DNA of 64,000 bases, from IMG/VR virus record IMGVR_UViG_3300027759_000048. One strand, 5' to 3'. Shown here one piece after another: positions 55,638-64,000 of this stretch. The position numbers and the translations under genes were made by a program. Position 1 is the first letter of the stretch. Each line of letters opens with the position of its first letter. A model generated the notes under the pieces. That model ran no database searches. It saw only the letters and a program-made list of their open reading frames with translations, and had not been told where the DNA came from. The DNA comes from a virus.

Positions 55638-58566
55638 ATTGACCTAATGATGTAGTGCTATGATGATGACCGTCAGCACCAGTTCCAGTTTCAAATCCTC
55701 TCGCCTTACCCATTGCTCTTTCTAATGATGCTGTTGGGAACTCTCTCACTTGTCTATTCAATGAAGGATCGATAACTGTTTCCTTCTGTGGTCTATCTGG
55801 CGGCACTTGCTGCATGTTCATGGCATTTTTATTATCAGGTGTAACAGGCTGCATTGTCTCTCTAGTAACATCTGGCGGAGCAGTAGAAACACCAGTTGAT
55901 ACCTCTGGCTGTGGTCTTTGAACAGGTTCAGCCTTAAAGTTTCTCATACGATCAAATGCTTGTTTAGCTGATGATCCTGTATCCACAGCCGCAGCCGCTG
56001 GTCTAGCATATGGATCAACTGATCTAGCTGATGCTACTTGTTCTTTCTGTGCCTGTGGTGCTTGATGTTGTGCGATAAATGTTGCTTTCTTACTCTTTTG
56101 ATCCATAGCATATTGTTCATACTTACTCATATCAAGAACATTAGACTTTCCAAATCCGCCACCAGGTGTCTGTCCGAGAATAGCTTGTGCTTCTGGCATA
56201 TATCTGTTTTTGATATGCGGCCCTCTTTCTTGTTTAGCCTTAGCAATAGCCATGACTTGATCTTCTACAGACTGTCCAACAGAATGGCTAGCCTTGTTTA
56301 ATACTTTTCTCATGTTGTTTCTGAATTGAACACCGCCACCCCATACAGCTTCCTGGATTCTTGGATCTTCTACTTTATATCCAAGTCTGGCAGCAGTCTT
56401 TAGAAATGGTGTGTAATGTGTTCTAGCTATGAAATCATGCTGCGCTTTGTCAAATGCCTGAGGATTCTCTCTGACAACTTTCTGATATGCGGCATTGAAC
56501 TTTGGTGTTCCTGGTTTCATATCACCAAAGTGTGATCGGAATGCTTCAGCTTCTTTTGATTTAAGAAACTCAGCCATTGTTCCTTTCTTACTTGATAGCT
56601 GATGACGACCATATGATACACCACCAGGATCTTTTTTACCTGTTGAAATAGACTCTACACCTTGGGCAGCCCGAGCACCATGTCTACCAGACTCCCACTG
56701 TCCTGTAATGCCACCGATGTCTTCTCTAAGATCAGGTAGAAAGCCATTGTAGGTTTCAACGAATGGAGCTTTTCTAACTTTGTGAACCTTAGCTGTTCCT
56801 GCGCCGCCAGCTTCACTCTTTGATAAGAAGGCGTTTCTATCAATGTTATTGTCCTGCATATCTTTATAGATTTGCTGAACCTTTTCGTGTTTAGGATCGA
56901 GAATGTGTATCTCGTTTGTTTTCTTATTCCACTTGATAGCACCAGCAGCCTGAGCATCTTCAAAGCCTTTATATGTCTCCTGCATAACTTTATCTTTGCC
57001 GTAGAACATACTATCGGCCATTGGCTGTTTTGTTTTGACTTCGTTCCAATACTTGTCAGGATCAAACTTATATAACTCTTGAGCCTTCATTGACTTATCA
57101 GCCTTTTCAACTGTAGCAGTTTGCTTGTTAGCTGGTTGCTGTGGCTGTTGATCGGCTGGATACTGTGATTGCTGTTCAGTTGATATAGATGTAGGACTAG
57201 CTGTAGGTACTTTCTGAACTGACTTAACCTGAAGAGTTGCTTGCGCTGGTGCTTCGCCTGTGCCACCGATCAATGCTAACTGATCTGGATTAGCTAGGCC
57301 TTTGGCAATCTCAACTGCTTTCATTGTACCAGCACTTGGCTCGCCGCCTTCGACGACGCCCATTCTTTCGCCAGAGCCACGATAGTTATGAATATTGACC
57401 ATAGCAACTCGGGCAGGCTGCCCATTGAACTGTTCTAGAATAAGAACGTCACCATTTGAGTTTGGTGCGGATAGAGCAATGCCTGTATGATAGTGTGACT
57501 TACCATCTGCCGTTTTATTATGTTCAATGCCACCAGGATGTTCACCCTTACCATAGTTCATAGTAGCAATAACAGTACCGGCTGTGATATTACCTTCTTT
57601 TACATTCCATTTACTAGCAGGACCTAAACCAGAAAAGTGTTTTGACAAAGAAACACATTGTTCGCCGTTCGGACCTTCGCCGTAATAGCCGCCTGACTTA
57701 GTTGATACTCTTGATATGTCACCCATAGATGATTGTGGATCAGAGGTTGTTATTGCGCTTGAAATAGATTTTAGATACTGTTGTCTTAGAACAGCATCTC
57801 TTTCGGGGTTAGCAGGTCTTTCAAAATCAGCTATAAAACTTTTAACGGCATCTCTCTCGTCAGTAATCTTCCGACTTAGATATTTCTTCATATCAGGTTC
57901 GGTCAACGCATAATCAATCTGACCTTTCCAGTTTTTCTGCCATACACCTTCACCACCAGCAGCTTTAACCATGTTGGTAAAACGATATTCACCTCTGCTC
58001 GGATTATCATGATGCTGAAACAATCCACCAGATGGTCCGCCTTCACGACGCATTACATCGGCAGGAGGTTGAATGCCTGGTCTAAATGCGGACTCGCCCT
58101 GCATGTTTGCTAGAATGCCCATAGCATGGACATGATCTACGCCTTTTGATTTGAGATAATTATATACCTCTTTTGCCATTACTTTATTTGAAATTGATTT
58201 CTCACCACCAGTTGAACCAAGAGTTGATGTAGTGGTGCCAGGTTGTTCTTTGTTAAATCTTCTGCGCCACTGTCCATACTGTTCGGCTTGATCAACTGTC
58301 TTAGCGCCTTGTGACAAACCAAAGTTAATATCATCTTGTTTCTGTGTAGATCGATTAGTAATTGCCTCACGAAAGCCGGAAACATCTGGCAAACCTTTTT
58401 GATAATACTTTGGGAATAACTCGGCAAACTCTGCTGGTGTAAGCAGAGTGAGAATGGTAGCAGGGCCTTGAGCAGACTTATTGACATAATCAACTCTCTG
58501 CCTAGGTGTCAATTTCTTTAGATGTCTAAAAGTATCTTTTGAACTTTTACCTACGTTGAAAGCCAT
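55636..58566 (-). CDS. tail/baseplate hub protein with three putative muralytic domains
   Basis: GILANM.GES...GLFQ...FERP (lysozyme); QCV...HTGI...EQF (amidase); WESG...GGVSYG..QL (lysozyme-like). Confidence 0.75.
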   Translation of the reverse strand: MAFNVGKSSKDTFRHLKKLTPRQRVDYVNKSAQGPATILTLLTPAEFAELFPKYYQKGLPDVSGFREAITNRSTQKQDDINFGLSQGAKTVDQAEQYGQWRRRFNKEQPGTTTSTLGSTGGEKSISNKVMAKEVYNYLKSKGVDHVHAMGILANMQGESAFRPGIQPPADVMRREGGPSGGLFQHHDNPSRGEYRFTNMVKAAGGEGVWQKNWKGQIDYALTEPDMKKYLSRKITDERDAVKSFIADFERPANPERDAVLRQQYLKSISSAITTSDPQSSMGDISRVSTKSGGYYGEGPNGEQCVSLSKHFSGLGPASKWNVKEGNITAGTVIATMNYGKGEHPGGIEHNKTADGKSHYHTGIALSAPNSNGDVLILEQFNGQPARVAMVNIHNYRGSGERMGVVEGGEPSAGTMKAVEIAKGLANPDQLALIGGTGEAPAQATLQVKSVQKVPTASPTSISTEQQSQYPADQQPQQPANKQTATVEKADKSMKAQELYKFDPDKYWNEVKTKQPMADSMFYGKDKVMQETYKGFEDAQAAGAIKWNKKTNEIHILDPKHEKVQQIYKDMQDNNIDRNAFLSKSEAGGAGTAKVHKVRKAPFVETYNGFLPDLREDIGGITGQWESGRHGARAAQGVESISTGKKDPGGVSYGRHQLSSKKGTMAEFLKSKEAEAFRSHFGDMKPGTPKFNAAYQKVVRENPQAFDKAQHDFIARTHYTPFLKTAARLGYKVEDPRIQEAVWGGGVQFRNNMRKVLNKASHSVGQSVEDQVMAIAKAKQERGPHIKNRYMPEAQAILGQTPGGGFGKSNVLDMSKYEQYAMDQKSKKATFIAQHQAPQAQKEQVASARSVDPYARPAAAAVDTGSSAKQAFDRMRNFKAEPVQRPQPEVSTGVSTAPPDVTRETMQPVTPDNKNAMNMQQVPPDRPQKETVIDPSLNRQVREFPTASLERAMGKARGFETGTGADGHHHSTTSLGQ

Positions 58567-58784
58567 TACATTCTTCTTCTGTTGAGTTGGTTCATCATGT
58601 TCTTGTGTTCATTTTCTTTTTGTCTGGCCAGGTCTTCTTGTTCTTTGATATACGCATTCAATAGTTCCACGTATATGTGTTTCTCCCATGGCATCATTCC
58701 ATCTATCTCACTCAAGCTCCACTTATGATGATGTATCAAGTTAAAGTTTGACTTAATGTGATTAGATAAAGTGTCATGACCCAT
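58566..58784 (-). CDS. 51: baseplate hub assembly protein (T4 gp51-like)
   Basis: NF.L..HHKWSLSEI..MMPWE..IY..LL. Confidence 0.85.
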   Translation of the reverse strand: MGHDTLSNHIKSNFNLIHHHKWSLSEIDGMMPWEKHIYVELLNAYIKEQEDLARQKENEHKNMMNQLNRRRM

Positions 58785-58786
58785 TA

Positions 58787-59512
58787 TCAGATAAAAAAAT
58801 CATAGAACTCTGTATACCTCACATCATGATGAAATCCACACTTCGGACAGTTTGCTTCAATCTTGCCTGCTATTGAAGGAAACAAATCCACATATCTTTC
58901 CAGCTTCTTATAGTTTTCTTCTGTCAGTCCTTCAACGAAATCTTTTAGTTCATCCGTTGTATAATCTTTATACGAATGCATTCCAGTTTTATCATAGACA
59001 TAATCAATAGAGCTAACGATGATATGCGTTTTCTTATCGATCTCTGGTAACTCTTCTAGCTTTCTCATAATGCCATAGTTTGGATATCTCATGCGAACAC
59101 CAGAAGCCGGACCGAGTTTGATATCGTCAGTAACATCGTCATATCGGACTAGTTCAACATCGGAAACGTCAGCTTCAGCCTCAAAGTTATGACCGCATAC
59201 TTCTCCATTCTCTAATACATTATTACAGGTTAGATTGATTGCTACCTCATCACCGACAGACTTTGCTCTCAAGAAAATAAAGAGATAGTCAATATCAAAG
59301 AACGGCAGCTTATCAACATCAATGCTATCATCTTGGACGCAGTTATTGATAACTTGTTTAACTGTGGCTATAATATCAGAAGCCACTTTTGACTCGATAG
59401 CCATTAACAGTAGTTTCTCTTCTTTTACTGTAAATGGTCTAACTCTGATTACCTTGCCACTAGATGGAATAGTAAAATCATAAACTGGCAAATCAATCTT
59501 AGGTAACGGCAT
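58787..59512 (-). CDS. 26: baseplate hub assembly protein (T4 gp26-like)
   Basis: MPLPK...P.Y, RPF.VKEEK.LL.A, FDIDYLF..LRAKSVG, C..C, C-terminal DFF. Confidence 0.9.
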   Translation of the reverse strand: MPLPKIDLPVYDFTIPSSGKVIRVRPFTVKEEKLLLMAIESKVASDIIATVKQVINNCVQDDSIDVDKLPFFDIDYLFIFLRAKSVGDEVAINLTCNNVLENGEVCGHNFEAEADVSDVELVRYDDVTDDIKLGPASGVRMRYPNYGIMRKLEELPEIDKKTHIIVSSIDYVYDKTGMHSYKDYTTDELKDFVEGLTEENYKKLERYVDLFPSIAGKIEANCPKCGFHHDVRYTEFYDFFI

Positions 59513-59527
59513 AATATAACTCCATTA

Positions 59528-60118
59528 TTATTGTAGGTTCGGTCTATCCCAATACTTATACGCAAAGGTAACTTGTAATCTTAGATATTCATTTTCTGCC
59601 CAGTTGACTGCCTGATCATTGATTAGTGTTGGCCAGGCTTTGTATAGTTTCCAGTGATATGATATGTTAGCCATAGGTCTCGCAGTTCTTTGTCCGCCAG
59701 CGCCATACTCTGTGTATTGATAGATTTCAACTTCACTATAGTATTCGTTTGGATAAGCAAAGTTAAAGCTATCAACTGGATTGATAAAGTTCAACCAGTC
59801 ATCAAAGAAGCGGCGTTCTTGGCTATCAGAACGACAAATGAATGTCAGTGCCAGTGGCTGATACTCTGTGTTATTTGGGAATACTTGTGATGGTCCATAG
59901 TATCTTGCCTGTGATACAGCAAAGCCACGACCTGGAAAGTCTGCCGCTTCACAAAGATAATGAAGATCCTGTGGAAACGTTTTCAATGATGTTGGTGGTT
60001 TGATAGCAACAAGATAACGACAGTTCTTTGCTAAACTGCCGCCACGATCTAATACGCTTCTAAACCTGTTGAGGTCTAAATCTTTGATGCCTGTTTGTCT
60101 AACCTGGTTGACTGCCAT
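59528..60118 (-). CDS. tail-tube-like baseplate protein (gp54-like)
   Basis: CEA..FPG, FF.DW, L.KAWP, LQVTF.Y..W. Confidence 0.75.
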   Translation of the reverse strand: MAVNQVRQTGIKDLDLNRFRSVLDRGGSLAKNCRYLVAIKPPTSLKTFPQDLHYLCEAADFPGRGFAVSQARYYGPSQVFPNNTEYQPLALTFICRSDSQERRFFDDWLNFINPVDSFNFAYPNEYYSEVEIYQYTEYGAGGQRTARPMANISYHWKLYKAWPTLINDQAVNWAENEYLRLQVTFAYKYWDRPNLQ

Positions 60119-60119
60119 C

Positions 60120-60917
60120 TTAGTATCCGTCCTCTACGTCTTTCTGGCTGATAATACGCATTTCTCTGAACACCAGAGTTAGCTGTAGATTTGTTGGTGA
60201 GCCGTCATTGAATGTGCTAAAGTCACCCTGGACAGTGTAGTCAACGTCAACTCTTGTTAGCACACATCTACCAATTCTAGGAAGATATGGATTGACTGGT
60301 GCGTTTAGTCCAGTATTCTCATTATTGATAATAGAATGAAATGTAATTAGAAATTCTGCTGGAGGTATGAACCAGAAGCCAGAATCCAATAATGATCCTT
60401 GTCCTGATGCTCCGCCAAATGTGCCTTGTCGTCCTGTCAGTGTATTGATTGCTGATCCGATTGCTGATGCTGCTCCTTGAGCAAATGCTGGTGTGCCAAT
60501 CTCTGGTGCTGAAAACTTTCTTAGCAGCTTGATAATCTGTTTTAGATCCTGAGCTTCTTTCTGTGACTGTGGAGCCATGAAGAAACTAAACTGAAAGGTA
60601 CGCAACTCAGAGTTACCATAGAGAACGTCAACCTTAGGATTAATTGTTCCCTGTCCAGCAATTCGAGCAGCACCAACTGCGGCTCTTGTAATAGCACCAA
60701 CAGCACCCATGCCGAGCTTTGTTAGTTTAACGTCATCATACTCATGAACCATCTGCCACTGTAGCGGACCATTCTGCTGGCCGCCAGGTATAAAAAGCAT
60801 AACGGTGCTAGTCTCAGCAGGAGCGGTGCCGACTTTACTAGGTTCAATCTGAATTTTCATAAAGTGTCCCTGCTGCTTTGATCCCAAGTCAGAAGGGAAA
60901 ACATATGATTGTGGCAT
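60120..60917 (-). CDS. 48: baseplate tail-tube cap (T4 gp48-like)
   Basis: NP.......LRTF.FSF...P.S..EA, PP.F.I, CVL....VDY, L.L.FRE. Confidence 0.8.
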   Translation of the reverse strand: MPQSYVFPSDLGSKQQGHFMKIQIEPSKVGTAPAETSTVMLFIPGGQQNGPLQWQMVHEYDDVKLTKLGMGAVGAITRAAVGAARIAGQGTINPKVDVLYGNSELRTFQFSFFMAPQSQKEAQDLKQIIKLLRKFSAPEIGTPAFAQGAASAIGSAINTLTGRQGTFGGASGQGSLLDSGFWFIPPAEFLITFHSIINNENTGLNAPVNPYLPRIGRCVLTRVDVDYTVQGDFSTFNDGSPTNLQLTLVFREMRIISQKDVEDGY

Positions 60918-60958
60918 TTAATCCTCCGATGCTACATAGTATTTAGTAGAGGTACAGT

Positions 60959-61414
60959 ATGGCATATGATTATAAGCAGGGATTTTTCAAGCCGAGATTC
61001 CCTAAGAAGTATATTGGCGATCCAACTAATATAGTATATCGTTCTGGTTGGGAAAAACGTGTGATGCAGTCTCTAGATGAAAACACTACGATTGTCCGCT
61101 GGGCCAGCGAAGAAATAATCATACCTTACTATTCTCCGATAGACTGTAAATATCATAGGTATTACCCAGATTTCTATGTAGAAGCAAGAGCACCTGACGG
61201 CTCGGTTAAGAAGATGCTATTAGAAGTAAAGCCAGCCGCACAGACGCAGCCACCAAAGTCACCGAAGAGAAAGACTAAGCGGTATATTACTGAGGTTATG
61301 ACTTACGGCGTCAATGAAGCAAAGTGGAAAGCAGCGAGAGAGTTTTGTATCGATAAGGGCTGGGAGTTTCATATTATAACGGAAGCAGACTTATTTAAAA
61401 AACCAACTAAATAA
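60959..61414 (+). CDS. 4: head completion nuclease (T4 gp4)
   Basis: KY.GDP..I.YRS.WE, WASEE, HRYYPDF, EVKP, N.AKW.AA. Confidence 0.92.
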   Translation: MAYDYKQGFFKPRFPKKYIGDPTNIVYRSGWEKRVMQSLDENTTIVRWASEEIIIPYYSPIDCKYHRYYPDFYVEARAPDGSVKKMLLEVKPAAQTQPPKSPKRKTKRYITEVMTYGVNEAKWKAAREFCIDKGWEFHIITEADLFKKPTK

Positions 61415-61418
61415 TAAG

Positions 61419-61949
61419 ATGGCAAAAGAATATACAAAAGACGAATTAGCTAAGTGGTTTGAAGAAAAAGCCCTTAGTGTAAAGTCAGGTGGAGCGGCTA
61501 GAAATAAAATACTAGACGCATCAGAAAGATATGCTGATGTTAGTAATCAGTTTGTCGGCGGTATGTATTTCTTTCGTTATGATCCAAAGCATAAGATGAC
61601 GCTGCCAATGTATGATAAGTATCCTTTGGCTATTGTCATTGACAGATATACCGATGGCTTTCTTGGACTTAACACGCATTATCTCACAAGAGGACAGCGT
61701 GGCAGAATGGTTGGCTTGTTCAACGATTTCTATGTCAAGAAAAAGCTATTCAATGGTATCATGTCAGGATCAGCAAAGTCTAACTGGGATATAGTTCAAT
61801 CATCTACCAGTGGGCTAGAGAGTTTTTCAAAAGAATGTGTTAAACGGTATCTTTATAATCATGTCCGTAGTCAGTTTATCAAAATCAATAAAGACGAATA
61901 CGACAAAGCAGTTCAGCTACCTATTGACGAATGGGTATATAGAAGGTAA
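61419..61949 (+). CDS. 2: DNA end protector (T4 gp2)
   Basis: MYFF.YDPK.K..LP.YD.YPL, GLN.HYL, VKRYL..HV.S. Confidence 0.88.
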   Translation: MAKEYTKDELAKWFEEKALSVKSGGAARNKILDASERYADVSNQFVGGMYFFRYDPKHKMTLPMYDKYPLAIVIDRYTDGFLGLNTHYLTRGQRGRMVGLFNDFYVKKKLFNGIMSGSAKSNWDIVQSSTSGLESFSKECVKRYLYNHVRSQFIKINKDEYDKAVQLPIDEWVYRR

Positions 61950-61954
61950 GAATA

Positions 61955-62740
61955 ATGGCAGACGTATCACCATATCTAGATAGTTTTCCGAGAATAGATT
62001 ACTCTATTAGTGAAGATAAAAACGTTACTGAAAACGTAACCAATATCTTCAAGCGATATGCCATGCTCAGAGATGTTCTAAGCAACTCTGGTTCATATGT
62101 TCTATACGAGATAGAGGATAATGATACGCCGGAAATTCTAGCAGAGAAAGTCTATAAAGACGCTGGTGCTGGCTGGATGATATTATATGCCAATAAGATT
62201 ATGGACCCGCAGTTTGATTGGCCGCTCTCCGATATCAATTTCAAGAAATACATTATTGAGAAGTATGGCTCCGTTGCTGCCGCTCAGACATCCTATCATC
62301 ATTATGAGAAGATCGTAGAGACAAGAGTAGGCGACCAGACATATACTCGCACATATCTTGTCAATAAAGAACGCTTGACAGAGAATGCTCTTGATGTTCC
62401 TTATACCTATTATGAGCCATACTCAAACAATTACTTTCTAACAGCGGACACAAATTTAATAACTGCCGATAATGTCTATTTCACAGCGGATCATTCCAAT
62501 CACTTTTCATATGACGATACATCATTGCCTGAGTATTATTCATATGAAGCTCATGATGTAAATGACACTACGGTCTTTATGAATACCTATGGTAAAGCTG
62601 TGACTAACTATGATTATGAACTAGAGCTAAATGATAATAAGAAGTTTATCAAAGTCGTCAAGGCACAATACTATAAACAAATTTTGTCAGAGTTTAAGCG
62701 ATTGACCCAAGGTCAACCTGATTACATAAGGACTCTATAA
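61955..62740 (+). CDS. 53: baseplate wedge protein (T4 gp53)
   Basis: FP.I.Y, DTPE..A.K.Y, W.IL..N.I.DP..DWP, YDYE...N..K. Confidence 0.88.
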   Translation: MADVSPYLDSFPRIDYSISEDKNVTENVTNIFKRYAMLRDVLSNSGSYVLYEIEDNDTPEILAEKVYKDAGAGWMILYANKIMDPQFDWPLSDINFKKYIIEKYGSVAAAQTSYHHYEKIVETRVGDQTYTRTYLVNKERLTENALDVPYTYYEPYSNNYFLTADTNLITADNVYFTADHSNHFSYDDTSLPEYYSYEAHDVNDTTVFMNTYGKAVTNYDYELELNDNKKFIKVVKAQYYKQILSEFKRLTQGQPDYIRTL

Positions 62741-62743
62741 TAG

Positions 62744-63985
62744 ATGGCTCAGCCAAATAGAATAGATTATACCGCTCAGAGTAATGATCCATCCGCACAG
62801 GTATCTGCCTCTGTTGATTTGGGTGTTCAATTATTAGATGTGACCGTCAAAGAGGTTATCATTGGCGAAAGTCTTTTGAATCCATCCGCTCATGCTGTGG
62901 TCACTCTACAGACTGCCATGTATTATCGTCCGATTGATTGGAATTATTTTAGATGTAAGCCGATCACTATCAATATCAGAGACAATAGACAAAACAGCAA
63001 TAGATTAATGACGGTCAATCAGCAAATCTACCGCTGTGACAATCGGCACTTTGCGACAACTAACTCTGGTCAGGTCGAGGAACTAACATTACATAGCGTG
63101 GATGAATCCATTTTAAAAGACGCTGAGACGATCATGGAGCAATCCTGGAAATGCTCTACGCCAGCGACCGTCGTCAAAGCAGCTATGGCAAAGCTCAATG
63201 TTCAATCACTTAGAATGAATAATAGCACAGGCCCCGGTCGTCCATATGTCGCCGAGTCTATTCATCCGCTTCAGGTTATTCAGCAACAAGCCAACGTAGC
63301 ATTGTATAATGGCAATGATCCATCGTTTCTTCATTATATGACTATTGATGAAAGAACTGGTATCAATGTTCATAACTTTCAGCCGTTGACGGAACTGATG
63401 AATTCCACAAAAGAACCTTATCAGCTATATGCCTCTGATCTGGGCGTCACTGGTAAAAAGTCATTCTCCGATCAAGCTCAATATGATATTGCTTCAAGAA
63501 CCGCTGTGACATTTAATTTCCCATGTGACTATGATGTTCTATCCGATATTCTCAATGGTGTCAATTGTGATGGTAAGAATATGAATGATGTCCGCACATT
63601 TAATCTAGCATCTGGTGACATATCATCAGCTATGGGCGCTATCTCTCAAGCGGCTAATATCTTCAAGTCACTGACAAATCTTGGCACCGCACAGCAACAA
63701 AATAATTGTGAAACAAATGTAGAGAAATATCTACACACTCGCCAAGCTAGAATGGGTATGCTTGAAAAAGACAAGATTGCTCTTAGAATTACTATACCAT
63801 GGACCCCAAGTTTACACGTTGGCCAGCAGATTTATTTCAATTGGTCTAACCGTTATGATGAGACATTCCCTCAGTATGGTTCTGGTAAGTATCTTATTCT
63901 TCATATGACACACAATATTCAATACGGTGGCTATGCGACAACCACACTAGACTGTATTGCTAATACATTTGGTAAAGGAAGTTAA
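62744..63985 (+). CDS. baseplate hub protein (gp27-like)
   Basis: Position after gp53; L.VGQ.I...SGKYLI....H. Confidence 0.6.
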   Translation: MAQPNRIDYTAQSNDPSAQVSASVDLGVQLLDVTVKEVIIGESLLNPSAHAVVTLQTAMYYRPIDWNYFRCKPITINIRDNRQNSNRLMTVNQQIYRCDNRHFATTNSGQVEELTLHSVDESILKDAETIMEQSWKCSTPATVVKAAMAKLNVQSLRMNNSTGPGRPYVAESIHPLQVIQQQANVALYNGNDPSFLHYMTIDERTGINVHNFQPLTELMNSTKEPYQLYASDLGVTGKKSFSDQAQYDIASRTAVTFNFPCDYDVLSDILNGVNCDGKNMNDVRTFNLASGDISSAMGAISQAANIFKSLTNLGTAQQQNNCETNVEKYLHTRQARMGMLEKDKIALRITIPWTPSLHVGQQIYFNWSNRYDETFPQYGSGKYLILHMTHNIQYGGYATTTLDCIANTFGKGS

Positions 63986-64000
63986 TTATGGCAGGTAAGT

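Noticed and set aside
1-64000. CRISPR array, integrase, transposase, reverse transcriptase
   Set aside because: No regularly spaced repeats or matching motifs seen; the PD-(D/E)xK exonuclease at 50862 has no cas context
1-64000. Alternative genetic code or stop-codon recoding
   Set aside because: Core genes are full length in the standard code, TAG and TGA both act as stops, and no suppressor tRNA is present

Overview
A 64-kb segment of an AT-rich T4-like myovirus genome. It carries replication core genes (gp43, uvsX, gp40-like, gp41, gp61, rnh, gp33, gp59, gp32), nucleotide metabolism genes (ThyX, class II RNR, glutaredoxin) and a baseplate/head-completion block (gp51, gp26, gp54-like, gp48, gp4, gp2, gp53, hub). 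RNA genes are five tRNAs and a circularly permuted two-piece tmRNA with tag ANDNFASFDLALAA. The tmRNA type and tag, plus secreted RlpA, L,D-transpeptidase and BA14K-like genes, point to an alphaproteobacterial host, probably Hyphomicrobiales/Rhizobiales. Most notable observations: (1) early promoters carry a fixed-position 17-bp palindrome matching the host RegA/RegR/PrrA redox-regulator box; (2) a slippery T7 heptamer at the gp26/gp51 junction would give a lambda G/GT-type -1 frameshift fusion; (3) a late operon of probably capsid-packaged enzymes (nuclease, KxDG ligase-like protein, NTase-peptidase-kinase fusion) is followed by modular basic polyproteins; (4) a structured RNA with an H-type pseudoknot lies between an endolysin and a holin-like gene; (5) there is a putative R-M pair and tRNAs with rewired tertiary cores. 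All calls come from motif recognition by eye; no searches were run.
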